In this document: piece after piece, positions 38,421 through 53,400 of the stretch
How the letters are laid out: every line of letters starts with the position of its first letter
How positions within the stretch are numbered: the stretch's first letter is position 1
NCBI GenBank assembly: GCA_965208535.1
Contig: CBDBOU010000003.1
Span: 1,765 to 65,764 of the forward strand
Source: Vicinamibacterales bacterium
Lineage (GTDB): Bacteria > Acidobacteriota > Vicinamibacteria > Vicinamibacterales > UBA8438
Length of the DNA: 64,000 nucleotides
Direction of reading: 5' to 3'
Program-made: the position numbers and the translations under genes
The notes under the pieces: model-generated
Told to the model about the DNA's origin: nothing
The model's database searches: none
The model's input: the letters and a program-made list of their open reading frames with translations, nothing else

Positions 38421-41400
38421 CTACTCGGGTGCGCCGAGGTTGAGTATCCCGTAGAGGCCGACGCGGTGGTCGGCCCCGCCGTCGGGGCGGCCGTAGCGCT
38501 CGCCGAGCAGCTCGACCTCGACCGGCGTTGCCAGGTCGCCGCTGAAGCGCCCGAGCACGCCGAGCCGCGCCCCCAGTTGCACGCGTTGGGCCTCGCCTGT
38601 CCGGCCGTAGCCCACCAGCGGCGTCAGCAGCCGGTTGCCCGGCAGCATCCAGCCGTAGCCCAGCCGCGCGTCGACCCCGCCGTCGTGCCGGTTCGGTCCC
38701 GCCGCGTAGCTCTGGACGTGGTCCTGCCACAGCGACTCGGCCCCGTAGCCCGGCGCCCCCCAGTGCGGGCGCACCGACGCGGTCAGCCCCGGCTCGTAGT
38801 GCCCGCCGCCCGCCATCGCCGTCACGCTGAAGCCGTGCTCCTCGTAACCCGACGCGGTGTGCAGCAAGAGCCTGCGCCCCTGCGCCTCGATGCGCATCCT
38901 CCCGGCACTCACCCGCACCCCGGCGGCTGTCTCCAGTCCCAGGCCCGTCTGCCCGGCCCCGCCGTCGTGCCGCGTGCTCACCGCCCCGAACGGCGCCACC
39001 TGCATGCCGCCGGGGCCGCCCAGCGGCAGCGTCGCCTCGACTCCGGTCCGCAGCCGCCGCACCGCCGCCGCCAGCCCGTCGACCGTCTCCTCGCCACTGC
39101 CGGTCCGAAGCTCAGCCCACGACGCCTCGCCCCGCAGCGACAGCTCCACGCCCCCGGCCGCCCTGCCCAGCCGGTGCCGGCCCTCCAGCAGCCCCAGCCG
39201 CAGGTCCAGCGGGCTCGTCCCGCGCCGGCCATTGAGCGTCCGCACGTTCTCCGCCGTCCCCCGGCCCACGCCCGCCAGCGCCCACACCGCCGTGTCCCGG
39301 CCGCCGATGCGCACATACGGGTGCAGCACCGTCAGCTCCGTCCCCAGCCGGCCGCTCGAATAGCCCTGCCGCCACTCGCTGCCGCTGCCGCTGCGGCTCA
39401 CCGCCGCCCCCGCCAGCAGGTGCTCGGTGAGCTGCACGTCCACGCCGAGGTAGCCCGTCGCCAGGTCGCCCTCGTAGCCGGCCGCATCATCCGGCCCCGC
39501 CCACCGGAACGACTGCCGGTCGCCCTGGCCCCAGACCCGCCAGCGGCCAACGCCCGTACCGGGCGTCTCCGGGTCGCCCTGCCCGCCGAACGACAGCAGC
39601 ACGTCGGTGCCCAGCAGCATCTGGCCCCAGTCGGTCCCGGCCCCGCCCCCGAAGCCGCCGCCCATCAGGCCCATCCGCTGGAACCGCGGGTCGGCCGATG
39701 TCCCCGACAGGTCCCGCGGCGAGCGCCGCTGCCGCAGCGTCGCCGCCCGCAGCGACAGCCAGTGCGACTGCTCCAGGCTCCCGGCCCCCATCTGCTCCCA
39801 CGCGTCGGGCGTCAGCTGCTGGCCGCCGAGCATCAGCCGCATCGCGCCGTCGTCGTACTCCAGCCGCCGGCCGATGGCGATCCGCGCGCTCGACAGGTGC
39901 GCCCGCCCCAGCGCCGCCAGCGCGCCGGTCAGCACCTCCCGCACCAGCCCGTCGCCCACCGACACCCCGAACGTCTGCACTGCCGTCAGACCGTCGGGGT
40001 CGGCCGCCGTCACCGTCACGGTCGCCGTTCCCGTGACCACCGGCGAGAGCGTCAGCGTCGCGCCCACCACCGCCACCGTCACCGCCGACTCGTCCGAGGA
40101 CACCGCCGTGTAGCTCAGCGCGTCGCCGTCCACGTCGGTGAAGTACGGCGTCAGGTCCACCGTCGCCGTTCCGCCGCCCTCCTCGAGCGTCTGGTCCGGG
40201 ATGACCCCCACCGCCTCCGGCGCGTCGTTCACCGGCAGCACCGTCATCGTCACCGTCGCCGACGCCGTCAGGCCGCCCGGGTCCGCGATCGTGTAGCTGA
40301 AGCGGTCCGTGCCGTACCAGTTCAAGTCCGGCGAGTAGCGCACGCTGTTGTCGACGATGGCAGTCGCGCCGTGTGCGGCCGGGCCGGCCGAGACCACCGT
40401 CAGCGGGTCGCCGTCGACGTCCGTGTCGTTGGCCAGCACGTCGACCACCACCGCCACGTCCTCCAGCGTCTCCGCCTCGTCGTCGACCGCCTCCGGCGGG
40501 TCGTTCACCGGCGTCACCGTCACCACCACCGTCGCCTCCGACGTCAGCCCGCCCGGGTCCGTCGCCGTGTAGCTGAAACGGTCCTCGCCGTACCAGTTCA
40601 GGTCCGGCTCGTAGCGCACCCCGCCCGAGACCACCGTCGCCGTCCCGTTCTCCGGCGCCGTCACCGACGCCACCCGCAATCGCTCGCCGTCCGGGTCCGT
40701 GTCGTTCGACAGCACGTCGATCACCAACGGTGTGTCCTCGGGCGTCTCCGCCCGGTCGTCCTTCGCCTCCGGCGACTCCGGCGCGTCGACCACCCGTACG
40801 GTCACCTGCGCCTTCGCCTCGTACTCCCCGTCCCCCGCCGTCACCTGCAACTCGAACTCGGACGGACCCGACTCGAAGTCCTCGCCGCCGCCGGTGTAGC
40901 TCACCTCGCCGCCGCGCCGCGACACCGTGAAGCGGTCGCCGTCGCCCGCCGACAGCGCGTAGCGCAGCCGGTCGCCGTCGGCGTCGCTCGCGCCCACCGT
41001 CCCCAACGCCACCGGCGTGTCGCGTCCCGAGGCATTCTCCGGCAGGTCGAACGTGTAGCTCGACTGCCCGAACTCCGGCGGCCGGTTCGGCTCGTCGTCG
41101 TCGAGCAGCGTCAGCGACGTGCCCTCGACCGACAGCCCCACCTCGGTCGTGCCCGTGATCGCCACCCGCTGGTCCGGCTCGTCCTTCGTGTCGTCCACCG
41201 GCGTCAGGTCGAACGACGCGGCGGCGCTGGCCGCGTCCGCCGGGACCTCGACCGCGAACACCGACGGCGTGGCCGCATACTCGTCCGCGTCCTCGGCGAC
41301 ACTCACCGTCACCACCGTCGCTTCGCCGCGCGCTCCCGCGACGAGCGTCGCCGTCACCGTCACCGCCGTCGTGCCCGCGCCTTCGGAGACCGACGAGGGG

Positions 41401-44400
41401 CTCACGCTCAGGACCACGTCGCCCGACACCGGCTCGCCGTCGTCCTCGTCGTCATCGACCGTCACGGCGAGGTCCGCCGTGACCGACCCGTACCCGCCGC
41501 CCGACGCCGTGTGCGCCAGCGTCGCCTCGTCGTCTTCCGCATCGTCGTCCTGTGCGGCCGTCACCGTCACCGTCTGCGCCGTGTTCCAACTCGCCGTCGT
41601 GAACGTCAACGACGCCGTGTCCAGCGTCAGGTCCGTGCCCGAGTGCCCCGTGACCGCCACCGTCACCTGACCCGTCGGCTCGGTCGAAAGACGCACCGTG
41701 TAGGTCCCACCCTCCCCTTCGGCCACGGTCAGCGTCGAGGGCGACAGCACGACCCCGGCCGTCTCCGGCGTCTCGTCGTCGGTCACCGTCACCGCAAGCT
41801 CCGCCGTCTCGCCCGCGTAGTCGCCCCCGGACGCCGTGTGCACCAGCGTCGCCGTATCGTCGTCCGCGTCGTCGTCCTCGCCGGCCGAGACCGTCACCGT
41901 CTGCGCCGTGCTCCACGTCGCCGTCGTGAACGTCAGAGAAGTCGTATCCAGGCTCAGGTCCGTGCCCGAATGCCCCGTGACCGCAACCGTCACCTGAGCC
42001 GTCGGCTGCGTCGAAAGCCGCACCGTGTACTCGCCGTCGGCCCCCTCGGCCACCCCCAGCGCCGTCGTCGAGAGCACCAGGCCCACCGACTCGTCGTCGG
42101 TCACCGTCACCGCAAGCTCCGCCGTCTCCGACGCGTAGTCCCCGCCCGACGCCGTGTGCGTCAGCGTCGCCGTGTCGTTGTCCGCGTCGTCGTCCTCGCC
42201 CGCCGAGACCGTCACCGTCTGCGCCGTGTTCCACGTCGCCGTCGTGAACGTCAACGACGCCGTATCCAGGCTCAGGTCCGTGCCCGAGTGCCCCGTGACC
42301 GCAACCGTCACCTGAGCCGTCGGCTCGGTCGAAAGACGCACCGTGTAGGTCCCATCCTCCCCCTCGGCCAGTCCCAGCGACGAGGTCGACAGCACGATAC
42401 CCACCGACTCGTCGTCGGTCACCGTCACCGAAAGCTCCGCCGTCTCCGACGCGTAGTCCCCGCCCGACGCCGTGTGCGTCAGCGTCGCCGTGTCGTCGTC
42501 CGCGTCGTCGTCCTCGCCCGCAGAGACCGTCACCGTCTGCGCCGTGTTCCACGTCGCCGTCGTGAACGTCAGAGAGGTCGTATCCAGGCTCAGGTCCGTT
42601 CCCGAATGGCCTGTGACCGCCACCGTCACCTGAGCCGTCGGCTCGGTCGAAAGACGCACCGTGTAGGTCCCATCTTCTCCCTCGGCCAGTCCCAGCGACG
42701 AGGTCGACAGCACGATACCCACCGACTCGTCGTCGGTCACCGTCACCGCAAGCTCCGCCGTCTCCGACGCGTAGTCCCCGCCCGACGCCGTGTGCAAGAG
42801 CGTCGCCGTGTCGTTGTCCGCGTCGTCGTCCTCCGCCGCCGACACCGTCACCGTCTGCGCCGTGCTCCACGTCGCCGTCGTGAACGTCAACGACGCCGTG
42901 TCCAGCGTCAGGTCCGTACCCGAGTGTCCCGTGACCGCAACCGTCACCTGAGCCGTCGGCTCGGTCGAGAGCCGAACCGTGTAGGTCCCATCCTCCCCCT
43001 CGGCCAGCCCCAGCGACGAGGTCGACAGCACGATACCCACCGTCTCGTCGTCGGTCACCGTCACCGCAAGCTCCGCCGTCTCCGACGCGTAGTCCCCGCC
43101 CGACGCCGTGTGCAAGAGCGTCGCCGTGTCGTTGTCCGCGTCGTCGTCCTCGCCGGCCGAGACCGTCACCGTCTGCGCCGTGTTCCACGTCGCCGCCGTG
43201 AACGTCAACGACGCCGTGTCCAGCGTCAGGTCCGTACCCGAGTGTCCCGTGACCGCAACCGTCACCTGAGCCGTCGGCTGCGTCGAGAGCCGAACCGTGT
43301 ACTCGCCGTCGTCTCCCTCGGCCAGCCCCAGCGCCGTCGTCGACAGCGTCAGACCCACCGTCTCGTCGTCGGTCACCGTCACCGAAACGCTCGCCGTCTC
43401 CCCCGCGTAGTCGCCCCCGGACGCCGTGTGAACCAGCGTCGCCGCGTCGTTCGCCGCGTCGTCGTCCTCACCGGCCGAGACCGTCACCGTCTGCGCCGTG
43501 TTCCATGTCGCCGTCGTGAAAATCAGCGAGGTCGAGTCCAAGGTGAGGTCGGTGCCCGTCTGGCCCGTGACCGCAACCGTCACCTGAGCCGTCGGTTGCG
43601 TCGAGAGCCGAACCGTGTAGCTCGCATCCTCTCCCTCGGTCAGCCCCAGCGCCGTCGTCGACAGCGTCAGACCCACCGTCTCGTCGTCGGTCACCGTCAC
43701 CGCAACGCTCGCCGTCTCGCCCGCGTAGTCCCCGCCAGACGCCGTGTGCAGAAGCGTCGCCGCATCGTTCGCCGCGTCGTCGTCCTCGCCGGCCGAGACC
43801 GTCACCGTCTGCGCCGTGTTCCACGTCGCCGTCGTGAACGTCAGGCTCGCCGTGTCCAGAGTCAGGTCCGTGCCCGAGTGCCCCGTGACCGCCACGGTGA
43901 CGGTCGCCGTCGGCTGCGTCGCAAGCCGAACCGTGTACTCGCCGTCGGCCCCCTCGGCAACCCCCAGCGCCGTCGTCGACAGCGTCAGCCCCGCCGTATC
44001 GTCGTCGGTCACCGTCACCGTGACACTCGCCGTCTCGCCCGCGTAGTCGCCCCCGGACGCCGTGTGCAGCAGCGTCGCCGCGTCGTTCGCCGCGTCGTCG
44101 TCCTCACCGGCCGAGACCGTCACCGTCTGCGCCGTGTTCCACGTCGCCGTCGTGAACGTCAACGACGCCGTGTCCAGCGTCAGGTCCGTGCCCGAGTGCC
44201 CGGTGATGGTGACCGTCACCTGAGCCGTCGGCTGCGTCGAGAGACGGACCGTGTACTCGCCGTCGTCCCCCTCGGTCACCCCCAGCGCCGTCGTCGACAG
44301 CGTCAACCCCACCGACTCGTCGTCGGTCACCGTCACCGCAACGCTTGCCGTCTCGCCCGCGTAATCGCCCCCGGACGCCGTGTGCAGCAGCGTCGCCGAG

Positions 44401-47400
44401 TCGTTCGCCGCGTCGTCGTCCTCGCCGGCCGAGACCGTCACCGTCTGCGCCGTGTTCCACGTCGCCGTCGTGAACGTCAGACTGGTCGAATCCAAGGTGA
44501 GGTCGGTGCCTGCCTGGCCCGTGACCGCAACCGTCACCGTCGCCGTCGGCTGCGTCGAAAGCCGAACCGTGTACTCGCCGTCGTCGCCTTCGGCCACCCC
44601 CAGCGCCGTCGTCGACAGCGTCAACCCCACCGACTCGTCGTCGGTCACCGTCACCGCAACGCTCGCCGTCTCCCCCGCGTAGTCGCCCCCCGAGGCCGTG
44701 TGCAGCAGCGTCGCCGCGTCAGCCGCCGCGTCGTCGTCCTCGCCCGCCGTCACCGTCACCGTCTGCGCCGTATTCCACGTCGCCGTCGTGAACGTCAGGC
44801 TCGCCGTGTCCAGCGTCAGGTCCGTGCCCGCCTGGCCCGTGACCGCAACCGTCACCGTCGCCGAAGGCTGCGTCGCAAGCCGCACTGTATACTCGCCGTC
44901 GTCCCCCTCGGTCACCCCCAGCGCCGTCGTCGACAGCGTCAGCCCCGCCGTATCGTCGTCGGTCACCGTCACCGCAACGCTCGCCGTCTCCCCGGCGTAG
45001 TCCCCACCCGAGGCCGTGTGCAGCAGCGCCGCCGCGTCGTTCGCCGCGTCGTCGTCCTCGCCCGCCGTCACCGTCACCGTCTGCGCCGTGTTCCAACTCG
45101 CCGTCGTGAACGTCAACGACGCCGTGTCCAGCGTCAGGTCCGTACCGGCCTGGCCCGTGACCGCTATCGTCACCTGGGCCGTCGGCTGCGTCGCCAGACG
45201 CACCGTGTAGGTGTTGCTGCCCCCCTCGGTAACCCCCAGCGCCGTCGTCGACAGCGTCAACCCCACCGACTCGTCGTCGGTCACCGTCACCGCAACGCTC
45301 GCCGTCTCGCCCGCGTAGTCCCCGCCAGACGCCGTGTGCAGCAGCGTCGCCGCGTCGTTCGCCGCGTCGTCGTCCTCACCGGCCGTCACCGTCACCGTCT
45401 GCGCCGTGTTCCAACTCGCCGTCGTGAACGTCAGAGAGGCCGTGTCCAGCGTCAGGTCCGTGCCCGCCTGGCCCGTGACCGCTACCGTCACCTGAGCCGT
45501 TGGCTGCGTCGCCAACCGAACCGTGTAGGTGTTGCTGCCTCCTTCGGCCACCCTCAGCGCCGTCGTCGACAGCGTCAGACCCACCGACTCGTCGTCGGTC
45601 ACCGTCACCGCAACGCTCGCCGTCTCACCGGCGTAGTCGCCCCCCGAGGCCGTGTGCAGCAGCGTCGCCGCGTCGTTCGCCCCGTCGTCGTCCTCGCCGG
45701 CCGTCACCGTCACCGTCTGCGCCGTGTTCCAACTCGCCGTCGTGAACGTCAGAGAAGCCGTGTCCAGCGTCAGGTCCGTGCCCGCCTGGCCCGTGACCGC
45801 TACCGTCACCTGGGCCGTCGGCTCGGTCGAAAGGCGCACCGTGTAGGTGTTGCTGCCTCCTTCGGCAACCCCCAGCGCCGTCGTCGACACCGTCAGGCCC
45901 ACCGTCTCGTCGTCGGTCACCGTCACCGCGACGCTCGCCGTCTCGCCCGCGTAGTCCCCGCCCGAGGCCGTGTGCAAGAGCGTCGCCGCGTCGTTCGCCC
46001 CGTCGTCGTCCTCGCCGGCCGAGACCGTCACCGTCTGGACCGTGTTCCAACTCGCCGTCGTGAACGTCAGCGACGCCGTGTCCAGCGTCAGGTCCGTGCC
46101 CGAGTGTCCGGTAATGGCGACGGTCACCTGCGCCGTCGGCTGCGTCGAGAGACGAACCGTGTACTCGCCGTCGTCTCCCTCGGCAACCCCCAGCGCCGTC
46201 GTCGACAGCGTCAGACCCACCGTCTCGTCGTCGGTCACCGTCACCGCAACGCTCGCCGTCTCGCCCGCGTAGTCGCCCCCGGAAGCCGTGTGCAGCAGCG
46301 TCGCCGCGTCGTTCGCCCCGTCGTCGTCCTCGCCGGCCGAGACCGTCACCGTCTGCGCCGTGTTCCACGTCGCCGTCGTGAAGGTCAGCGAGGTCGCATC
46401 CAGGCTCAGGTCCGTGCCCGCCTGCCCCGTGATCGCAACCGTCACCTGGGCCGTCGGCTGCGTCGCCAGCCGAACCGTGTACTCGCCGTCGTCCCCCTCG
46501 GTGATCCCCAGCGCCGTCGTCGACAGCGTCAGACCCACGTCGTCGTCGTCGGTCACCGTCACCGCGACGCTCGCCGTCTCGCCCGCGTAGTCCCCACCCG
46601 AGGCCGTGTGCAGCAGCGTCGCCGCGTCGTTCGCCCCGTCGTCGTCCTCCCCGGCCGACACCGTCACCGTCTGCGCCGTGTTCCACGTCGCCGTCGTGAA
46701 CGTCAACGACGCCGTGTCCAGCGTCAGGTCCGTGCCCGAATGCCCGGTGATGGCGACCGTCACCTGCGCCGAAGGCTGCGTCGCCAACCGCACCGTGTAC
46801 TCGCCGTCGCCCCCCTCGGCAACCCCCAGCGCCGTCGTCGACAGCGTCAGATCCGCCTCGTCGTCGTCGGTCACCGTCACCGCGACGCTCGCCGTCTCGC
46901 CCGCGTAGTCCCCGCCCGAGGCCGTGTGCAAGAGCGTCGCCGCGTCGTTCGCCCCGTCGTCGTCCTCGCCCGCCGTCACCGTCACCGTCTGGACCGTGTT
47001 CCAACTCGCCGTCGTGAACGTCAGCGACGCCGTGTCCAGCGTCAGGTCCGTGCTCGCCTGGCCCGTGACCGCCACGGTTACCGTCGCCGTCGGCTGCGTC
47101 GAAAGCCGAACCGTGTACTCGGCGTCGTCCCCCTCGGCCACTCCCAGCGCCGTCGCCGACAGCGTCAGCTCCACCTCGTCGTCGTCGGTCACCGTCACCG
47201 AAACGCTCGCCGTCTCCCCGGCGTAGTCGCCGCCCGAGGCCGTGTGCAGCAGCGTCGCCGCGTCGTTCGCCCCGTCGTCGTCCTCGCCGGCCGAAACCGT
47301 CACCGTCTGCGCCGTGTTCCACGTCGCCGTCGTGAACGTCAGAGAGGCCGTGTCCAGAGTCAGGTCCGTGCCCGAATGGCCCGTGACCGCCACGGTGACG

Positions 47401-50400
47401 GTCGCCGTCGGCTGCGTCGAAAGCCGAACCGTGTACTCGGCGTCGTCCCCCTCGGCCACTCCCAGCGCCGTCGTCGACAGCGTCAGCTCCACCTCGTCGT
47501 CGTCGGTCACCGTCACCGAAACGCTCGCCGTCTCCCCGGCGTAGTCGCCGCCCGAGGCCGTGTGCAAGAGCGTCGCCGCGTCGTTCGCGCCGTCGTCGTC
47601 CTCCCCGGCCGTCACCGTCACCGTCTGCGCCGTGTTCCACGTCGCCGTCGTGAACGTCAGAGAGGCCGTGTCCAGAGTCAGGTCCGTGCCCGAATGGCCC
47701 GTGACCGCCACGGTGACGGTCGCCGTCGGCTGCGTCGCAAGCCGCACCGTGTACTCGCCGTCGTCCCCCTCGGCCACCCCTAGCGCCGTCGCCGACAGCG
47801 TCAGCTCCACGTCGTCGTCGTCGGTCACCGTCACCGAAACGCTCGCCGTCTCCCCGGCGTAGTCGCCGCCCGAGGCCGTGTGCAGCAGCGTCGCCGCGTC
47901 GTTCGCCCCGTCGTCGTCCTCGCCGGCCGAAACCGTCACCGTCTGCGCCGTGTTCCACGTCGCCGTCGTGAACGTCAGAGAGATCGAATCCAAGGTGAGG
48001 TCGGTGCCGGCCTGGCCCGTGATCGCAACCGTCACCTGAGCCGTCGGCTGCGTCGAAAGCCGAACCGTGTACTCGGCGTCGTCCCCCTCGGCCACCCCCA
48101 GCGCCGTCGCCGACAGCGTCAGCTCCACCTCGTCGTCGTCGGTCACCGTCACCGCCACGTTCGCCGTCTCGCCCGCGTAGTCCCCGCCAGAGGCCGTGTG
48201 CAGCAGCGTCGCCGCGTCGTTCGCCCCGTCGTCGTCCTCCCCGGCCGAGACCGTCACCGTCTGCGCCGTGTTCCACGTCGCCATCGTGAACGTCAACGAC
48301 GCCGTGTCCAGCGTCAGGTCCGTACCGGCCTGGCCCGTGATCGCCACCGTCACCTGGGCCGTCGGCTGCGTCGCCAGCCGAACCGTGTACTCGCCGTCGT
48401 CCCCCTCGGTGACCCCCAGCGCCGTCGTCGACACCGTCAGCCCCGCCGTATCGTCGTCGGTCACCGTCACCGACACGCTCGCCGTCTCGCCCGCGTAGTC
48501 CCCACCCGAGGCCGTGTGCAAGAGCGTCGCCGCATCGTTCGCCGCGTCGTCGTCCTCGCCAGCCGAGACCGTCACCGTCTGCGCCGTGTTCCACGTCGCC
48601 GTCGTGAACGTCAGGCTCGCCGTGTCCAGCGTCAGGTCCGTGCTGGCGGTCCCCGTGATCGCGACGGTCACCTGCGCCGTCGGCTGTGTCGCCAGCCGAA
48701 CCGTGTACTCGCCGTCGTCTCCCTCGGCAACCCCCAGCGCCGTCGTCGACAGCGTCAGACCCACCTCGTCGTCGTCGGTCACCGTCACCGCCACGCTCGC
48801 CGTCTCCCCCGCGTAGTCGCCCCCGGACGCCGTGTGCAGCAGCGTCGCCGCGTCGTTCGCTCCGTCGTCGTCCTCACCAGCCGAGACCGTCACCGTCTGC
48901 GCCGTGTTCCACGTCGCCGTCGTGAACGTCAGAGACGCCGTGTCCAGCGTCAGGTCCGTGCCCGAGTGCCCGGTGACCGCCACGGTGACGGTCGCCGTCG
49001 GCTGCGTCGAAAGCCGAACCGTGTACTCGCCGTCGTCGCCTTCGGCCACCCCCAGCGCCGTCGTCGACAGCGTCAGCTCCACGTCGTCGTCGTCGGTCAC
49101 CGTCACCGCCACGTTCGCCGTCTCGCCCGCGTAGTCCCCGCCAGAGGCCGTGTGCAGCAGCGTCGCCGCGTCGTTCGCCCCGTCGTCGTCCTCGCCGGCC
49201 GAGACCGTCACCGTCTGCGCCGTGTTCCACGTCGCCGTCGTGAACGTCAACGACGCCGTGTCCAGCGTCAGGTCCGTGCCCGAATGGCCCGTGACCGCCA
49301 CGGTGACGGTCGCCGTCGGCTGCGTCGCAAGCCGCACCGTGTACTCGCCGTCGGCCCCCTCGGCAACCCCCAGCGCCGTCGTCGACAGCGTCAGCTCCAC
49401 CTCGTCGTCGTCGGTCACCGTCACCGCAACGCTCGCCGTCTCGCCCGCGTAGTCCCCGCCAGAGGCCGTGTGCAGCAGCGTCGCCGCGTCGTTCGCCCCG
49501 TCGTCGTCCTCGCCGGCCGAGACCGTCACCGTCTGCGCCGTGTTCCACGTCGCCGTCGTGAACGTCAACGACGCCGTGTCCAGCGTCAGGTCCGTACCGG
49601 CCTGGCCCGTGATCGCCACCGTCACCTGGGCCGTCGGCTGCGTCGCCAGCCGAACCGTGTACTCGCCGTCGTCCCCCTCGGTGACCCCCAGCGCCGTCGT
49701 CGACACCGTCAGCCCCGCCGTATCGTCGTCGGTCACCGTCACCGACACGCTCGCCGTCTCGCCCGCGTAGTCCCCACCCGAGGCCGTGTGCAAGAGCGTC
49801 GCCGCATCGTTCGCCGCGTCGTCGTCCTCGCCGGCCGAGACCGTCACCGTCTGCGCCGTGTTCCACGTCGCCGTCGTGAACGTCAACGACGCCGTGTCCA
49901 GCGTCAGGTCCGTGCCCGAGTGCCCGGTGACCGCCACGGTGACGGTCGCCGTCGGCTGCGTCGAAAGCCGAACCGTGTACTCGCCGTCGTCGCCTTCGGC
50001 CACCCCCAGCGCCGTCGTCGACAGCGTCAGCTCCACGTCGTCGTCGTCGGTCACCGTCACCGCGACGCTCGCCGTCTCGCCCGCGTAGTCGCCCCCCGAG
50101 GCCGTGTGCAACAGCGTCGCCGCGTCGTTCGCCCCGTCGTCGTCCTCGCCCGCCGTCACCGTCACCGTCTGCACCGTGTTCCACGTCGCCGTCGTGAACG
50201 TCAGCGACGCCGTGTCCAGCGTCAGGTCCGTGCTCGCCTGGCCCGTGACCGCCACGGTGACCGTCGCCGTCGGCTGCGTCGAAAGCCGAACCGTGTACTC
50301 GGCGTCGTCCCCCTCGGCCACTCCCAGCGCCGTCGTCGACAGCGTCAGCTCCACCTCGTCGTCGTCGGTCACCGTCACCGAAACGCTCGCCGTCTCGCCC

Positions 50401-53400
50401 GCGTAGTCGCCCCCCGTGGCCGTGTGAACCAGCGTCGCCGCGTCGTTCGCCCCGTCGTCGTCCTCCGCCGCCGAGACCGTCACCGTCTGCGCCGTGTTCC
50501 ACGTCGCCGTCGTGAACGTCAGAGAGGTCGAATCCAGGCTCAGGTCCGTTCCCGAATGGCCTGTGACCGCGACCGTCACCTGCGCCGTCGGCTGCGTCGA
50601 AAGCCGAACCGTGTACTCGGCGTCGTCCCCCTCGGTCACCCCCAGCGCCGTCGTCGACAGCGTCAGCTCCACCTCGTCGTCGTCGGTCACCGTCACCGAA
50701 ACGCTCGCCGTCTCCCCGGCGTAGTCGCCGCCCGAGGCCGTGTGCAAGAGCGTCGCCGCGTCGTTCGCCCCGTCGTCGTCCTCCCCGGCCGAGACCGTCA
50801 CCGTCTGCGCCGTGTTCCACGTCGCCGTCGTGAACGTCAGAGAGGTCGAATCCAAGGTGAGGTCGGTGCCTGCCTGGCCCGTGACCGCAACCGTCACCTG
50901 AGCCGTCGGCTGCGTCGAAAGACGGACCGTGTACTCGCCGTCGTCCCCCTCGGCCACCCCCAGCGACGTCGCCGACAGCGTCAGCTCCACCTCGTCGTCG
51001 TCGGTCACCGTCACCGAAACGCTCGCCGTCTCGCCCGCGTAGTCGCCCCCGGACGCCGTGTGCAGCAGCGTCGCCGCGTCGTTCGCCCCGTCGTCGTCCT
51101 CCCCGGCCGAGACCGTCACCGTCTGCGCCGTGTTCCACGTCGCCGTCGTGAACGTCAGAGAGGCCGCACCCAGCGTCAGGTCCGTGCCCGAGTGCCCGGT
51201 GATGGCGACCGTCACCTGAGCCGTCGGCTGCGTCGAAAGCCGAACCGTGTACTCGCCGTCGTCCCCTTCGGCCACCCCCAGCGCCGTCGCCGACAGCGTC
51301 AGCTCCACATCGTCGTCGTCGGTCACCGTCACCGAAACGCTCGCCGTCTCGCCCGCGTAGTCGCCCCCCGTGGCCGTGTGAACCAGCGTCGCCGCGTCGT
51401 TCGCCCCGTCGTCATCCTCGCCCGCCGTCACCGTCACCGTCTGCGCCGTGTTCCACGTCGCCGTCGTGAACGTCAGCGAGGTCGAATCCAAGGTGAGGTC
51501 GGTGCCGGCCTGGCCCGTGATCGCAACCGTCACCTGAGCCGTCGGCTGCGTCGAAAGCCGAACCGTGTACTCGCCGTCGGCCCCCTCGGCAACCCCCAGC
51601 GCCGTCGCCGACAGCGTCAGCTCCACCTCGTCGTCGTCGGTCACCGTCACCGCAACGCTCGCCGTCTCCCCGGCGTAGTCGCCGCCAGAGGCCGTGTGCA
51701 AGAGCGTCGCCGCGTCGTTCGCCCCGTCGTCGTCCTCGCCCGCCGTCACCGTCACCGTCTGCGCGGTGTTCCACGTCGCCGTCGTGAACGTCAGCGAGGT
51801 CGCATCCAGCGTCAGGTCCGTGCCTGCCTGGCCCGTGATCGCAACCGTCACCTGAGCCGTCGGCTGCGTCGAAAGCCGAACCGTGTACTCGCCGTCGTCC
51901 CCCTCGGCCACCCCCAGCGCCGTCGTCGACAGCGTCAGCTCCACCTCGTCGTCGTCGGTCACCGTCACCGCGACGCTCGCCGTCTCCCCCGCGTAATCGC
52001 CCCCGGACGCCGTGTGCAGCAGCGTCGCCGCGTCGTTCGCCCCGTCGTCGTCCTCGCCAGCCATTACCGTCACCGTCTGCACCGTGTTCCACGTCGCCGT
52101 CGTGAACGTCAGCGACGCCGTGTCCAGCGTCAGGTCCGTGCTCGCCTGGCCCGTGACCGCCACGGTGACCGTCGCCGTCGGCTGCGTCGAAAGACGGACC
52201 GTGTACTCGCCGTCGTCCCCCTCGTCCACCCCCAGCGCCGTCGCCGACAGCGTCAGCTCCACCTCGTCGTCGTCGGTCACCGTCACCGCAACGCTCGCCG
52301 TCTCCCCCGCGTAGGCAGGGTCGGGCGACGAGGCCGTGTGCAGCAGCGTCGCCGCGTCGTTCGCTCCGTCGTCGTCCTCACCGGCAGAGACCGTCACCGT
52401 CTGCGCCGTGTTCCATCGCGTCCTCGTGAACGTCAGGAGCGCGGGGGCGACCGTCAGGTCCGTGCCTGCCTGACCCGTGATGGCCACCGTCACCTGAGCC
52501 CTCGGCTGCGACAACAGCTTCACCGTGTACTCGCCGTCGTTTCCCTCGTCCACCCCCAGCGCCGTCGTCGACAGCGTCAGACCCACCTCGTCGTCGTCGG
52601 TCACCGTCACCGCAACGCTCGCCGTCTCCCCCGCGTAGTCCCCACCCGAGGCCGTGTGCAGCAGCGTCGCCGCGTCGTTCGTCGCGTTGTCGTCCTCCGC
52701 CGCCGAGACCGTCACCGTCTGGACCGTGTTCCAACTCGCCGTCGTGAACGTCAGAGACGCCGCGGCGGGGGCCAGCGTCAGGTCCGTGCCCGAGTGCCCG
52801 GTGATGGCGACCGTCACCGTCGCCGTCGGCTGCGTCGCCAGCCGGACCGTGTACTCGCCGTCGTTTCCCTCGTCCACCCCCAGCGCCGTCGTCGACAGTG
52901 TCAGGCCCACCTCGTCGTCGTCGGTCACCGTCACCGCGACGCTCGCCGTCTCCCCCGCGTAGTCCCCGCCCGACGCCGTGTGCACCAGCGTCGCCGAGTC
53001 GTTCGCCCCGTCGTCGTCCTCACCGGCCGAGACCGTCACCGTCTGGACCGTGTTCCAACTCGCCGTCGTGAACGTCAGAGACGCCGCGGCGGGGGCCAGC
53101 GTCAGGTCCGTGCCCGAGTGTCCGGTGATCGCCACCGTCACCGTCGCCGTCGGCTGCGTCGCCAGACGGACCGTGTAGTCACCGGCGCCTCCCTCGGCAA
53201 CCCCCAGCGCCGTCGTCGACAGCGTCAGGCCCACCTCGTCGTCGTCGGTCACCGTCACCGCGACGCTCGCCGTCTCCCCCGCGTAGTCCCCGCCCGACGC
53301 CGTGTGCACCAGCGTCGCCGCGTCGTTCGACGCGTCGTCGTCCTGTGCGGCCGAGACCGTCACCGTCTGCGCCGTGTTCCAACTCGCCGTCGTGAACGTC